DNA of 64,000 bases from a virus (IMGVR_UViG_3300047189_000028), one strand, 5' to 3'; numbered from the stretch's first letter, positions 17,971-27,024 are shown. The notes: a model not told the origin generated them from the letters alone. Numbers and translations are program-made.

Positions 17971-18255
17971 ATGAATCTGACTGGCGCTCAGCTGAAGCAC
18001 GTGCTTCACAACATCTCGTACCCGGCATTCAATGTCTTGACGTCTCATCTGAGTCCGGACACTGAAAACTCGATTGCGAAGGGCATCCCGATGGCGTTCC
18101 TCTGGATTGTCCCTGGTATCAACCGGATACTTCCGGTTCGTGTTAAGTATCGTGGTCCTCGCCTTACGGCTCCAGGCAACACACGCGATTGGTTCGCGTG
18201 TAAGAATTCCTGCCTGAAGAAGGACGCAACAAGTTTCGCCATCTACCCGCGTTGA
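17971..18255 (+). CDS. hypothetical protein (94 aa)
   Basis: Conserved leader GTTCAGGAGAAGCAAATG after the hairpin at 17922-17947. Confidence 0.5.
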   Translation: MNLTGAQLKHVLHNISYPAFNVLTSHLSPDTENSIAKGIPMAFLWIVPGINRILPVRVKYRGPRLTAPGNTRDWFACKNSCLKKDATSFAIYPR

Positions 18256-18406
18256 CCCAATACGCGAGTTGATGGATACTTCCCGCAGCTTGGGAAGCTG
18301 ACAAATACCACCGAAAGGTGGAGATGGTAAGGCTGGGTAGATCGCCCGGAGTGTTTTGGCAGCGTATTGTGGTGGGGGCTGGCCAGGACGTTTTTTAGGA
18401 GTACCT

Positions 18407-18586
18407 CGTGGCTGAGAAGAAGTTGGAAATGACGGTTGGTGATCTCATCAAGCTGCTCGCTGGTGTGAACCCCAATGCGTTGATCGTCCACCAGGACGAA
18501 AATAGCGAGGAAGCAACTCCGCTCGTCGTTGATCAGATTGGAAAGACACGAGTTGTTCTGACATGGCATCCTGACTACACCCGATA
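18407..18586 (+). CDS. small hypothetical protein (GTG start)
   Basis: AGGAG 7 nt upstream of GTG; alternative ATG at 18428. Confidence 0.3.
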
Positions 18587-18598
18587 AAGGAAATTCAA

Positions 18599-18778
18599 GT
18601 GGCAAAGACGAATCGTCGTCCGAGTGATAAGCTCGAACGGAAGCAGCGCCTGGCTCAACGCCCTGTCCGCCAGGAAGATGAATTCAACGACCAGGATTGG
18701 CTCCGCGCGCTCGATGAGAGTGACGAAGAAGTCGCTGACGAGATCACGAGTCCGATCACCAACGCAGCCTATTGACCA
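18599..18778 (+). CDS. small acidic protein (GTG start, 59 aa)
   Basis: AAAGGAAATTCAAGTG. Confidence 0.3.
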
Positions 18779-18824
18779 TAAGGTCATAGAGAGCTAAGAT
18801 ACCCTCAACAGTTAGGAGAAGCCA

Positions 18825-19379
18825 ATGTTGAATGTATCGCAAGTCCTCACCCGCCTGAATATCAACGCAGACTCGCGCTGCGCTGCGGTGCAGGATGTAC
18901 GTCACCTGATTGAGTCCAGTGAGAATCCGATCGGTGCTGCAAAAGCAATCATCCACAACCTCATCAATACCGACTTCGTGTGCAACGATCCGATCGTTGC
19001 CAGAATGACTGCACAGCGCCTGGTCGACGAAGCAATCATCCTCGGTGATCGATACGACCCGGAACAGGCTCTCCTGAAGGCTGCGGAGAAGATTGCACAG
19101 GCGCGGATCGACTCGCCGTGGAGCTTCTACCGCGAATCATTCAGCACCGTCGAGACAAAGACGGAGCAGCGTGAAGGTGTTTCTGTTGAAGTCAAGACTG
19201 ACGGCAGCTTCAAGAAAGGGTCAAAGCAGATCCTCGCCAAGGCTCTGTACGAGAAGCATAAGGCTCTGTCCAACGCGGAGATCATCACGATCTTCATGAA
19301 GGAACTCGACATGAGCAAGCCAGGCGCCACCACCTACTTGTACAACGCGAAAAAGGGTGCGACAACCGCGGGTGGTTAG
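18825..19379 (+). CDS. member of paralogous family with conserved C-terminal domain
   Basis: Leader CAGTTAGGAGAAGCCAATG; C-terminus NAEIITIFMKELDMSKPGATTYLYNAKKG. Confidence 0.5.
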   Translation: MLNVSQVLTRLNINADSRCAAVQDVRHLIESSENPIGAAKAIIHNLINTDFVCNDPIVARMTAQRLVDEAIILGDRYDPEQALLKAAEKIAQARIDSPWSFYRESFSTVETKTEQREGVSVEVKTDGSFKKGSKQILAKALYEKHKALSNAEIITIFMKELDMSKPGATTYLYNAKKGATTAGG

Positions 19380-19394
19380 CTCCATAAATAGGAG

Positions 19395-19937
19395 ATGGCA
19401 AGCGGAACACCTCTCAAACGAATCTTCAATGAAGCAGGAGAACTGACACACAAGGAATGCCGAAAGTGTGATCAAATGCTCCCTATCAATAATTTCTATC
19501 ACAAATACACATCCACTAGGTATCAACACGATAAGTCAAACAATCGTTGCATTCCTTGTCAAAAGATCCAATGGCATGAGCAAGCGAAGAATCCCGAATC
19601 TCGCAAGCGTTGGTTGTTAAGCCGAATCCGTACTAAATGTAAGAAGGAAAGACTCCCATTCGATTTAACTATCGAAGACTTGGCAATACCAACGCACTGT
19701 CCTATTTTTGGAATACCTCTCGCCTTCGGTGTAAAGACTCCGTCTTCATATCGAGAAAAGAAAGGACAGGTGACGGTTCCTGATGACAGTCCGTCTGTTG
19801 ACAGAATCGTCCCTGAACTTGGGTACGTCAAGGGCAATATAGTAATTGTCAGCTATCGTGCTAATCTAATCAAGACAAACGCTAGCGTGACAGAGTTGAT
19901 TAAGGTGGCTGAGTTCTATAAGATGCTTACATCGTAA
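19395..19937 (+). CDS. HNH homing endonuclease (HNH_3 type) with N-terminal zinc finger
   Basis: C-terminal SPSVDRIVPELGYVKGNIVIVSYRANLIKTN matches the phage HNH_3 signature. CRKC...CIPC zinc finger. The gene is AT-rich relative to the GC-rich surroundings. Confidence 0.65.
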   Translation: MASGTPLKRIFNEAGELTHKECRKCDQMLPINNFYHKYTSTRYQHDKSNNRCIPCQKIQWHEQAKNPESRKRWLLSRIRTKCKKERLPFDLTIEDLAIPTHCPIFGIPLAFGVKTPSSYREKKGQVTVPDDSPSVDRIVPELGYVKGNIVIVSYRANLIKTNASVTELIKVAEFYKMLTS

Positions 19938-19951
19938 ACACAAAAGGCATT

Positions 19952-20266
19952 GTGATGTCCAGATCAGAAAGAATAATTGAGGCGCTGGGGGGTGTAATGG
20001 CTACCATACTACTCATCACATTGTGCTTCGTGTGTTTTGATGCGGCGTACTCACCAACCACATTCGAAGGGTTGGTTGTCCTATTTGAAGGCGCCAAGTT
20101 AATCTTCTTCGAGATCGTAGGGTTTGTCATTGTGGGTTTGATTCTTGGAATGGTTTGCAACGGATATGCAAATGTTTCAAGGAAGATTAAAGCAATGATT
20201 TTGGAGTATAATCAATGGGGACATAACGCTGGACTCTCGTGGTGGAAGTATAAGCTATTTGGTTGA
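19952..20266 (+). CDS. membrane protein (104 aa)
   Basis: ORF track; two TM helices. Confidence 0.45.
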   Translation: MMSRSERIIEALGGVMATILLITLCFVCFDAAYSPTTFEGLVVLFEGAKLIFFEIVGFVIVGLILGMVCNGYANVSRKIKAMILEYNQWGHNAGLSWWKYKLFG

Positions 20267-20286
20267 GTTTCAACTAAATATGCTTC

Positions 20287-20535
20287 ATGGAAACAAAAGC
20301 CCCTGAAGTAACAGTAATCCCAGCCGACTTCCTTGTCAACTGTGAGTTTCTCCCAGATGGTTCGGCTACCACAAATCAACAACTGTGGTTGAAGTCTTGG
20401 GCAGAAGTGGCTCAACTTCAAGTCGCTCAGGGAAAGATCAAGTTACAGGACGTAGCGGAATACGATCCCGAAACAGGACAGGTTCCGAACTCGTTCATCA
20501 AAGAAGTTTATCTGAAGAACAGAAAGGCACATTAA
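20287..20535 (+). CDS. hypothetical protein (82 aa)
   Basis: ORF track. Confidence 0.45.
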   Translation: METKAPEVTVIPADFLVNCEFLPDGSATTNQQLWLKSWAEVAQLQVAQGKIKLQDVAEYDPETGQVPNSFIKEVYLKNRKAH

Positions 20536-20771
20536 TGAGTGGATACGGTGGACCTGATGACGAAGCTCTCCGCGCGATGATTCGTGTTGAAGAGCAAGTT
20601 GCATTGGCAAGATCGATGCTCCCTTCAGGTCCTGGTTCATCCACTTGTCATGGATGTGGTCAGTTGATAGATGAGCGTCGTCGTAAGATATTTCCAGGTA
20701 CCCAGCACTGTGTCAAATGTTCTGAAGCCAATGCCGTATGGCCTAAGTACAAAGAGCCGTGGGCGACCTAA
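20535..20771 (+). CDS. TraR/DksA-family C4 zinc-finger protein
   Basis: CHGCGQLIDERRRKIFPGTQHCVKC has the typical TraR/DksA spacing; TAATG coupling. Confidence 0.55.
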   Translation: MSGYGGPDDEALRAMIRVEEQVALARSMLPSGPGSSTCHGCGQLIDERRRKIFPGTQHCVKCSEANAVWPKYKEPWAT

Positions 20772-20830
20772 GCGGTTGACCTTATCGTGCATTTCGCATA
20801 AGATGCCCCTAACAGTTCGGAGAGGATGTT

Positions 20831-21118
20831 ATGCATATCAAAGCCCGTGAAGTTGTAGTCAAAGTGGTCGACGAGATCAAGCTGACTCCGGAGCAGTGGG
20901 ATACGCGAGGCCACGGAACCGTTGGCTGGCGCGATCACATGGCGAAGATTCTCAACCTCCGCGTTCAGAAGCTCGCTCCTCAGTACAATGCTGTTGATTT
21001 CTACCAGAACCTGGCTCGCTTCGCTCACGAAATCGGATACGGCGAAGCGCACGTTGTTGCCGCAGTCACCGAACGCGTGTACAACGTCAAGCTGGACTTC
21101 GAGAGCGAGGCTGCGTGA
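20831..21118 (+). CDS. hypothetical protein (95 aa)
   Basis: Leader CAGTTCGGAGAGGATGTTATG. Confidence 0.5.
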   Translation: MHIKAREVVVKVVDEIKLTPEQWDTRGHGTVGWRDHMAKILNLRVQKLAPQYNAVDFYQNLARFAHEIGYGEAHVVAAVTERVYNVKLDFESEAA

Positions 21119-21321
21119 ATCTCAAGCTCATGTCAATCGAAGGGCTTATGACTCGCCAGAGCGAGATCAAAGTTCAAATCGATAAGGTGGAAGGCCGTAT
21201 TCACAAGCCTCCTCCGTTCACGTACTACAATCCGCGAGATGACCTCAGCCTTGCCTCTGAACTCCACAAGTACCTCAAAGAGATCGAAACCGAACTCTGC
21301 AACAGGAATGATGTAACATGA
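21115..21321 (+). CDS. hypothetical protein (GTG start, 68 aa)
   Basis: GTGA overlap coupling. Confidence 0.4.
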   Translation: MNLKLMSIEGLMTRQSEIKVQIDKVEGRIHKPPPFTYYNPRDDLSLASELHKYLKEIETELCNRNDVT

Positions 21322-21554
21322 AACGCAGGATCACCGACTACTATCATGTTGACGACGGCGTTGTCGTCCTCAACAAGACGACTGCCAATGGTGTGCCGTA
21401 CAACGAGGAGAAGTTCCTTGCTGAATGTGCAAACCTCGAGGCACTGCTCGCTCAGCACAGAGCCAAGGCAATCGCCGAAGGTAAGTGGCCGCCGACACCC
21501 AGCCGCTTCGTTGATCATAACGTCAGAAAAGAGGATGCTCTCCCCATCAAGTAG
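21318..21554 (+). CDS. hypothetical protein (78 aa)
   Basis: ATGA overlap coupling. Confidence 0.45.
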   Translation: MKRRITDYYHVDDGVVVLNKTTANGVPYNEEKFLAECANLEALLAQHRAKAIAEGKWPPTPSRFVDHNVRKEDALPIK

Positions 21555-21563
21555 GAGACCTCT

Positions 21564-21863
21564 GTGACAAGCAAGCTTCAGCAATTCATCGATCAGAACA
21601 AGCTCTACCAGAACGAGGGTGAGCGTGGTGTGTCGAACCTCTGCAAGATCGTTGCGGGGCTCGGCTACAACGATCCGATGTACTTCGGTCAGCTCTCGCA
21701 GGGTGGCAAAGTTGGTGACCTCCTGGAGTTCCTCCAGGATAATCCTGGTGCGATCACGGCAATCCTCGAATGGATCGAAGAGACCAATGTCCCCGAGTGG
21801 GATGAGGCTCTCAGCGAGCAGATCATCGAGGAAGACGATGAGGACGAGGAAGGCGATGAGTAA
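21564..21863 (+). CDS. hypothetical protein with poly-acidic C-terminus (EEDDEDEEGDE)
   Basis: GTG start after GTAGGAGACC. Confidence 0.45.
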   Translation: MTSKLQQFIDQNKLYQNEGERGVSNLCKIVAGLGYNDPMYFGQLSQGGKVGDLLEFLQDNPGAITAILEWIEETNVPEWDEALSEQIIEEDDEDEEGDE

Positions 21864-22122
21864 GTACCGCGTCAGCCTCTTCACCCACTGCGCCGAGACG
21901 AAGTGCTTCACAGCAGAGGCCTCAGAACTCGAGGGTGGACCGAGCCCAACAATCACTCTGGTTAGTGATGGGGGCAACGAAGCGACGTTCGCTCGTATTG
22001 GTGTCGAGAGAAGCAATGACGAAGACGATGAGATCATCGCCTGGACGTATCGTCCTGCCGCTGAGTCTCTTGATCGCAACCCACGCCTTGCTGGATACTC
22101 CTTGACATTGTTCAACGACTGA
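21856..22122 (+). CDS. hypothetical protein (88 aa)
   Basis: ATG (MSKYRVS...) overlapping the previous stop. Confidence 0.45.
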   Translation: MSKYRVSLFTHCAETKCFTAEASELEGGPSPTITLVSDGGNEATFARIGVERSNDEDDEIIAWTYRPAAESLDRNPRLAGYSLTLFND

Positions 22123-22131
22123 GGAAGTACC

Positions 22132-22380
22132 ATGCGCGTTGTCGAAGGCGACTTCAAGTTCGACGAAGACGAGTGCGAACTCCTTGGCTTCTTCCTCAGT
22201 GATGGTCGCAAAGTCATCGAGTACGATGGCTGCGATTGGAAAGAAAACCCAGGCGACATCCTCGTCAAGCTCGCGAAGAGGCTCGTCAAACTTGGCACCG
22301 ATGACCACGAGCTCCTCGAGATCGCTGATGGGTCAGACACGTTGTGGTATGGCATCGTTCCTGTGAAGGTGTCCCCATGA
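22132..22380 (+). CDS. hypothetical protein (82 aa)
   Basis: TGAGGAAGTACCATG. Confidence 0.45.
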   Translation: MRVVEGDFKFDEDECELLGFFLSDGRKVIEYDGCDWKENPGDILVKLAKRLVKLGTDDHELLEIADGSDTLWYGIVPVKVSP

Positions 22381-22652
22381 AGATCACCAAAGCCAAGGCG
22401 AAGGTCGAGTTCTGTGTCGAGACCTCGTACCCAGCACAGTACTACTCGATTGAGCATGACGAAGCCATCGAGAAGCTCGCCAAGAAGTTCAAGGGCGAGC
22501 GCACTGGTGCCGGCATGGGTTTCGGTTACCGCGACAACGGTTTTTCATTTGCCAATGAAGTCACACGCGCTGCATTCGTCGGCGCCCTCACGAAAGCTCA
22601 GAAGACGCTGAAGGTCAGTAAGTGCTACCTGAGCGTTTACATCAACGACTAG
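22377..22652 (+). CDS. hypothetical protein (91 aa)
   Basis: ATGA coupling. Confidence 0.45.
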   Translation: MKITKAKAKVEFCVETSYPAQYYSIEHDEAIEKLAKKFKGERTGAGMGFGYRDNGFSFANEVTRAAFVGALTKAQKTLKVSKCYLSVYIND

Positions 22653-22679
22653 TGGGATGACAGTGGGATCCAACTGGGA
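22651..22679. repeat. three phased heptamers GTGGGAT-GTGGGAT-CTGGGAT upstream of a plus-strand gene
   Basis: Read directly; 12- and 11-bp spacing. Confidence 0.85.
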
Positions 22680-22693
22680 TAGGAGTGACATTC

Positions 22694-22981
22694 ATGGCTA
22701 AGGCTAAGAAGTTCAAGATGGACGCCAACTATGTTGTGCGCAGCCTCGCCGAGACGTTCACCGATATGGACGGGGACGAGAAGGAACTCAAGAGGATCCT
22801 GAAGGAAGCCAACGCGGCTGGAGTGGACTTCAAGAAGATCGCCATGACGCTGAAAGGCGAGATGGAACAGGATTACGGCTGGGAGATCAACGACGCCAGA
22901 ACGATGGGTCGCCTGCTGAAGCCATATGGGATCAAGACGTTCAAGGTCACGTTTTCCGTTGACGAAGAAATGGAGTTCTAA
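22694..22981 (+). CDS. hypothetical protein (95 aa)
   Basis: GATAGGAGTGACATTCATG. Confidence 0.5.
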   Translation: MAKAKKFKMDANYVVRSLAETFTDMDGDEKELKRILKEANAAGVDFKKIAMTLKGEMEQDYGWEINDARTMGRLLKPYGIKTFKVTFSVDEEMEF

Positions 22982-22982
22982 C

Positions 22983-23186
22983 ATGAAGACTCCCAAAGAG
23001 ATGACGACGATGCAACTGAACCGGGAAGTCCTCGCCCTGAGGATCCTCGAAGCCAGTCTGGAAGAGTGCATGGCTGAGCCTGGCTTCCGTGATGCCAAGT
23101 CCGAAGAATGCCTGGCCAACACCAAGGCATCGCTGACCACGGCTCAGCGCGAACTGGAGCGTCGCGTCAAAGCCAGCCGAGGATAA
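22983..23186 (+). CDS. hypothetical protein (67 aa)
   Basis: ATG 2 nt after the previous stop. Confidence 0.4.
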   Translation: MKTPKEMTTMQLNREVLALRILEASLEECMAEPGFRDAKSEECLANTKASLTTAQRELERRVKASRG

Positions 23187-23255
23187 GCGTCTCAGCTGAG
23201 ACGTTGACCCCAACCCGTAGTCAGGCGAAGATACGCCATCGATTAGGAGATCACA

Positions 23256-23549
23256 ATGCTCTCGAAAGCCAAGATACTGGAAATCGCGTCGAAGATCACC
23301 GACCAGGATGAGCTGGCACAGATCACCGCGCATTTCCTCCTTCGTTCAACGAAGGAAATCAACCTGGAAATGTCCAAGGACAAAGGCAACGACAGCGAGA
23401 CACGCGCCAACTGCATCCTCACACTGATCGATGAGAGCGAACTCATCGGTTCATGTCAAGACGGTGTCTACCAGATGATGACGGAAGAATTCTTCGATGA
23501 CGTCAGTCGCCATATGGTCGAGGTTGCGGGACAGTACATCACCAAGTAG
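23256..23549 (+). CDS. hypothetical protein (97 aa)
   Basis: TTAGGAGATCACAATG. Confidence 0.5.
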   Translation: MLSKAKILEIASKITDQDELAQITAHFLLRSTKEINLEMSKDKGNDSETRANCILTLIDESELIGSCQDGVYQMMTEEFFDDVSRHMVEVAGQYITK

Positions 23550-23557
23550 GAGTTCCC

Positions 23558-23833
23558 GTGGCCAAAGACATCATCAAGTTCGGCGACTACGTTCAGACTG
23601 ACCGCCACGGTTACCGTGGCCGCGTCTACAAGTTCGAGCGCCTGACCAACGCCGACCAGGCGTGGGTCGATGGACAGAGCCTCAAGGTAACGATTGAGGA
23701 CATTCAAGGCGAGTGGGTCGGGATCCTCGTCCATGATGGTGGAGCAGTCTTGACGCCGATCGCGTCCTGCCGTAAGATCCCAACCATCAAGGATTTCAAA
23801 CATCACTGCGCGAAGGAGCACTTCGGTGCATAA
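23558..23833 (+). CDS. hypothetical protein (GTG start, 91 aa)
   Basis: GTAGGAGTTCCCGTG. Confidence 0.45.
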   Translation: MAKDIIKFGDYVQTDRHGYRGRVYKFERLTNADQAWVDGQSLKVTIEDIQGEWVGILVHDGGAVLTPIASCRKIPTIKDFKHHCAKEHFGA

Positions 23834-23836
23834 CCA

Positions 23837-24037
23837 ATGAACGCAATCCGCAAATTCCTCTCGAATAGCCTTAACGTTGTCGTTTGCATCGTTATCGTCC
23901 TCACGATAACGGGTCTGATCAACCTGACTGCCGCTTTCTTCATTCTCCTGCTGACTGTCCTGTTCCACATAGAGGATCATTTGCGTAGGATCCTCACAGT
24001 CGTCAGCAAGCCGGAGAAGGATAATGCAGGTTCGTGA
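23837..24037 (+). CDS. small membrane protein (66 aa)
   Basis: ORF track; two TM helices. Confidence 0.45.
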   Translation: MNAIRKFLSNSLNVVVCIVIVLTITGLINLTAAFFILLLTVLFHIEDHLRRILTVVSKPEKDNAGS

Positions 24038-24218
24038 TCTACTGAACGCTCTCGTCGGCGTGCCGCCGGACACTGAAGTTGTCCTCGTCAAAGTTGATGG
24101 GCACGACAATCCGTTCACCGACGGCAACTTCACCATCTCGAAAGGTCGCACCAACGAAATGGGTGACTTCCTTGATAAAGATGACGAGGAAGGTGATAGT
24201 GTCATACTGATCGGCTAA
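24024..24218 (+). CDS. hypothetical protein (64 aa)
   Basis: ORF track. Confidence 0.4.
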   Translation: MQVRDLLNALVGVPPDTEVVLVKVDGHDNPFTDGNFTISKGRTNEMGDFLDKDDEEGDSVILIG

Positions 24219-24229
24219 CGGAGAGATCG

Positions 24230-24550
24230 ATGTACACGCACTCACGCGAAGTGTCGAAAGGCCAACAGGACGTCAACTACGTCGAGCTTGGCGAAATCGA
24301 GCAGAATGGTAAGTCTGTGAAAGTCAAGATTGACATTCGCAGCAATGCGTACAAGTTCCTGTGCCATGCTTGTGTGTACCTTTGGTCGCCCGTCGACCTC
24401 AAGTGGAATCTCGCGTATGCGATCGACCCAATGACGATGGCGACGGCTGAAGGGTTGTGCTACCAACCCTTCCACAAGTCACCAACTGTGCGCGACTTCA
24501 ATCTCGACCGCGAGACGCTGGTCAGACAGGTGAACTTCATCCTCAGCTGA
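24230..24550 (+). CDS. hypothetical protein (106 aa)
   Basis: ORF track. Confidence 0.45.
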   Translation: MYTHSREVSKGQQDVNYVELGEIEQNGKSVKVKIDIRSNAYKFLCHACVYLWSPVDLKWNLAYAIDPMTMATAEGLCYQPFHKSPTVRDFNLDRETLVRQVNFILS

Positions 24551-24584
24551 CCTATACTCTCCCTACCAAGTGAGGAGAACGAAT

Positions 24585-24830
24585 ATGAGTGGTGTGATCG
24601 CAACTGGTCCGGTCGGCACGAAGATTTTCCAGCTCCTGGCTGTCAAAGGTGCACTGCGCCTCGAGAGCCTCGGGATGAAGCACAGCAAGATCCGCAGCCT
24701 GCGCAAGGTATGGGCACTCGAGATGGGGCTGAAGGCGAATGCTAAGTACCCGGAGATCCTTGCGAAGATCGAAGAGAAGCTCACCGAGCTGAAGAACGAT
24801 CCGCGCGGGACAGGGATCGAGGCACTGTAG
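24585..24830 (+). CDS. hypothetical protein (81 aa)
   Basis: Conserved leader CTCCCTACCAAGTGAGGAGAACGAATATG. Confidence 0.5.
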   Translation: MSGVIATGPVGTKIFQLLAVKGALRLESLGMKHSKIRSLRKVWALEMGLKANAKYPEILAKIEEKLTELKNDPRGTGIEAL

Positions 24831-24881
24831 ACCCTAAGGTGGGGAGGGCGTATGCTCTCCCCATCAGTTAGGAGATCAGCC

Positions 24882-25097
24882 ATGAGCGAGCGCGACCCGT
24901 ACCAGACGATGGATCCCCGCGAAGAGTTCGAACAGCTTCACCACGACCACCTCGAGCGCGACTGCGACGAGGAGTTTATCCCGGAGCAGACCGATGAGAT
25001 CGACGACGAAGACATCAACGAAGGCGACATCGACAGTTGGGACGACGGCCAGCCCGACGAAGCGCAGGAGTGGCACGACTTCGACCCCGACTGCTAA
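24882..25097 (+). CDS. extremely acidic small protein (71 aa, Asp/Glu ~40 percent); DNA-mimic-like
   Basis: Leader CAGTTAGGAGATCAGCCATG. Confidence 0.5.
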   Translation: MSERDPYQTMDPREEFEQLHHDHLERDCDEEFIPEQTDEIDDEDINEGDIDSWDDGQPDEAQEWHDFDPDC

Positions 25098-25371
25098 GAT
25101 CACTCTCACGGTCTATTACGAGGCCTACGAGCGCTACGGCAGTGGAGGCACTGGAAAGCGAACGTACACCGGTACCGAGCTAACCGTCCTTCAGAACATC
25201 GCCGACCGCCACTCGTATGGCCGTCGAACCGAAGAGGATCTCGACGAGGGGCAGGTGTTGACACCAAAGCTCGTTTGGGATAGTATCCAGGAACTGAATG
25301 GCGATGGGTGCGACTACATCATCGACATCGTTGTTGGCAAGGGCAAGAAGTATCGAGGGCCAAAGAAATGA
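24994..25371 (+). CDS. hypothetical protein; start unresolved. The only in-frame ATG is 103 nt inside the preceding acidic gene.
   Basis: Frame stays open from 24994. No ATG/GTG/TTG between 25097 and the conserved body (KITLTVYYEAY...). Possible +1 frameshift fusion or a non-canonical start. Confidence 0.3.
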   Translation: MRSTTKTSTKATSTVGTTASPTKRRSGTTSTPTAKITLTVYYEAYERYGSGGTGKRTYTGTELTVLQNIADRHSYGRRTEEDLDEGQVLTPKLVWDSIQELNGDGCDYIIDIVVGKGKKYRGPKK

Positions 25372-25619
25372 GCAGACATATCCTTCGACAGGTCTCTGGT
25401 GTGCTCGAGGAGCTCGTCGAGATGGCGACCGAGAGTATGCAGACATCATCGCAAGGCCTCGCCGGTGAGGCACTTGCGCGGTGGCGCGATGAGCGCAACG
25501 GCCGACTGAACAACCTCGTGCAGCTTTACTGCGCGCACAAGGTGGCAGACGAAGTGTCGACGCTCGACAGTACATTGACCGACGTGGGCAAGCAGATCGA
25601 GTACCTACGGCCGGTCTAA
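25368..25619 (+). CDS. hypothetical protein (83 aa)
   Basis: ATGA coupling. Confidence 0.45.
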   Translation: MSRHILRQVSGVLEELVEMATESMQTSSQGLAGEALARWRDERNGRLNNLVQLYCAHKVADEVSTLDSTLTDVGKQIEYLRPV

Positions 25620-25727
25620 ACGGCGACCGAGTAGGCGTGACGTTCGCGCCGAAACAGTAGGGGACAGCCTGGTAGACGTCTACCGGGCTTTCCGCTATGC
25701 TTTCCCTACCAAGTGAGGAGAGCCGCA

Positions 25728-26096
25728 ATGAGCATCGTAACCCGCGCCACGCTGATGGATCTTCTGAAAGATGAGAAGAAGCGTCCCCATGTGATCGGAC
25801 GCGCGCTGGTTGCCTTGTTCGAACATCAGACGCGGACCGAACAGGCCGCTAATCATACGCAGGTCCACAATTACGTTGGCTTCAGCAGCAGCGATGCCCG
25901 CGATGGCAGCATCACCGCGAAGTACTACCTCAAGCACAAGACGCTCCTTCCCTGGCAGATCGACAACTGGATGAAGGACTTCCGGGGGTTCCCGCGGATC
26001 ACCAAGTACGTCCGCCAGCTAAATGCTGCTGCTGAAGCGAAGGCTGCAGCCAGGCGCCCGGCGATCATCCCAATGGACCCGGACCGCGGCTACTAG
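25728..26096 (+). CDS. hypothetical protein (122 aa)
   Basis: Conserved leader TTCCCTACCAAGTGAGGAGAGCCGCAATG. Confidence 0.5.
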   Translation: MSIVTRATLMDLLKDEKKRPHVIGRALVALFEHQTRTEQAANHTQVHNYVGFSSSDARDGSITAKYYLKHKTLLPWQIDNWMKDFRGFPRITKYVRQLNAAAEAKAAARRPAIIPMDPDRGY

Positions 26097-26125
26097 TTGA
26101 CACCAAAGTGGGATTAGGGTATCAT
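26097..26125 (+). promoter_or_regulatory. sigma70-like promoter TTGACA-N17-(TAGGG)TATCAT
   Basis: TTGACAccaaagtgggattagggTATCAT; the ATG lies 20 nt downstream. Confidence 0.5.
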
Positions 26126-26145
26126 TCCCACAATAGGAGAAGCAC

Positions 26146-26337
26146 ATGACTGCGTGGGACTGGGTGATTGCATTATTCATTGGCTACTGGGTAGTCACAT
26201 GGATTTGGATCAAGGGAACCGATCCGCTGTCATCGAGCTTCTTCCACGTGTTGTGGATCATCATCAAGATCCCGTTGTTCTTGTGTGGTGGCTTCGTCAT
26301 CTTCGCACTGTTGTGTGGTTCATCGTCAAGGAGCTGA
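26146..26337 (+). CDS. small membrane protein (63 aa)
   Basis: TAGGAGAAGCACATG. Confidence 0.5.
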   Translation: MTAWDWVIALFIGYWVVTWIWIKGTDPLSSSFFHVLWIIIKIPLFLCGGFVIFALLCGSSSRS

Positions 26338-26339
26338 AC

Positions 26340-26534
26340 ATGATCAATATCGACGTCACGTTTCCGTACACCGGGAAGACTCGCACGTTCCGCAGCATCC
26401 GCCGTGTCGCCAAGATGCTGAGCGGCAACGGTACCGCGTCAGGTGGCCTCCGCAGCAACATCGAGCGCAAGGCTCGCAATGCACTGTACGGCACCAAGCC
26501 GACGACCGTCCGTCGCAACAGCGTGTATGGCTAA
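26340..26534 (+). CDS. hypothetical protein (64 aa)
   Basis: CAAGGAGCTGAACATG. Confidence 0.45.
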   Translation: MINIDVTFPYTGKTRTFRSIRRVAKMLSGNGTASGGLRSNIERKARNALYGTKPTTVRRNSVYG

Positions 26535-26733
26535 GCGAGTCGTCCACTACCTGCCGGATGAGGTCACGCAGATATTCATCGGCATGGGCGCTCTCGTCAA
26601 GCCAGTCGACCACGAGAGCGATCTCGTCTCGAACAAGAAATACGTCCTCACATCTGTTGTCATCAAGTGTGATGATGACGGATCCTTCGAAACTCTGAAC
26701 TCTCTCTATGTACCAATCAGACAGGTGAACTAA
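26527..26733 (+). CDS. hypothetical protein (68 aa)
   Basis: Overlap coupling. Confidence 0.45.
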   Translation: MAKRVVHYLPDEVTQIFIGMGALVKPVDHESDLVSNKKYVLTSVVIKCDDDGSFETLNSLYVPIRQVN

Positions 26734-26957
26734 TGAACGATTTTCTTCCCAAGGTGCTCGCCGCCCTCTTGATCATCATCGGCGTCGTCGCCGCTGTGTC
26801 AATCTTCGGCCTGCTCCTGGCTTGGCCGGTCAAGTGGTGCTGGAACTACACGATGCCGTACCTGTTCGCCCTCAAGGAGATCTCCTGGGGTCAGGCATGG
26901 TGCCTCAACTTCCTCAGTGGAATGCTGATCAAGTCAACGCTCTCAACGAGCAAGTAA
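26733..26957 (+). CDS. small membrane protein (74 aa)
   Basis: ORF track. Confidence 0.45.
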   Translation: MNDFLPKVLAALLIIIGVVAAVSIFGLLLAWPVKWCWNYTMPYLFALKEISWGQAWCLNFLSGMLIKSTLSTSK

Positions 26958-27024
26958 CGGGACACGCTAGGGGACCTAGGCTGTGGGATCAGGGATGATC
27001 CCTCCACAGTAACGAGGAGCAAGC

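Larger units (their letters stand above)
19395..20540 (+). mobile_element. AT-rich islet (HNH endonuclease plus two small genes) within the GC-rich plus block
   Basis: Abrupt drop in GC read directly, together with the freestanding HNH gene. Confidence 0.4.

Noticed and set aside
21225-22457. 410-aa minus ORF.
   Set aside because: Antisense to nine small plus genes. Low-complexity Ser/Leu-rich, with no promoter or RBS.
23468-24205. 245-aa minus ORF; also 27291..27989 and 27037..27489 minus, and 17283..17846 minus.
   Set aside because: Shadow ORFs inside the GC-rich plus block.
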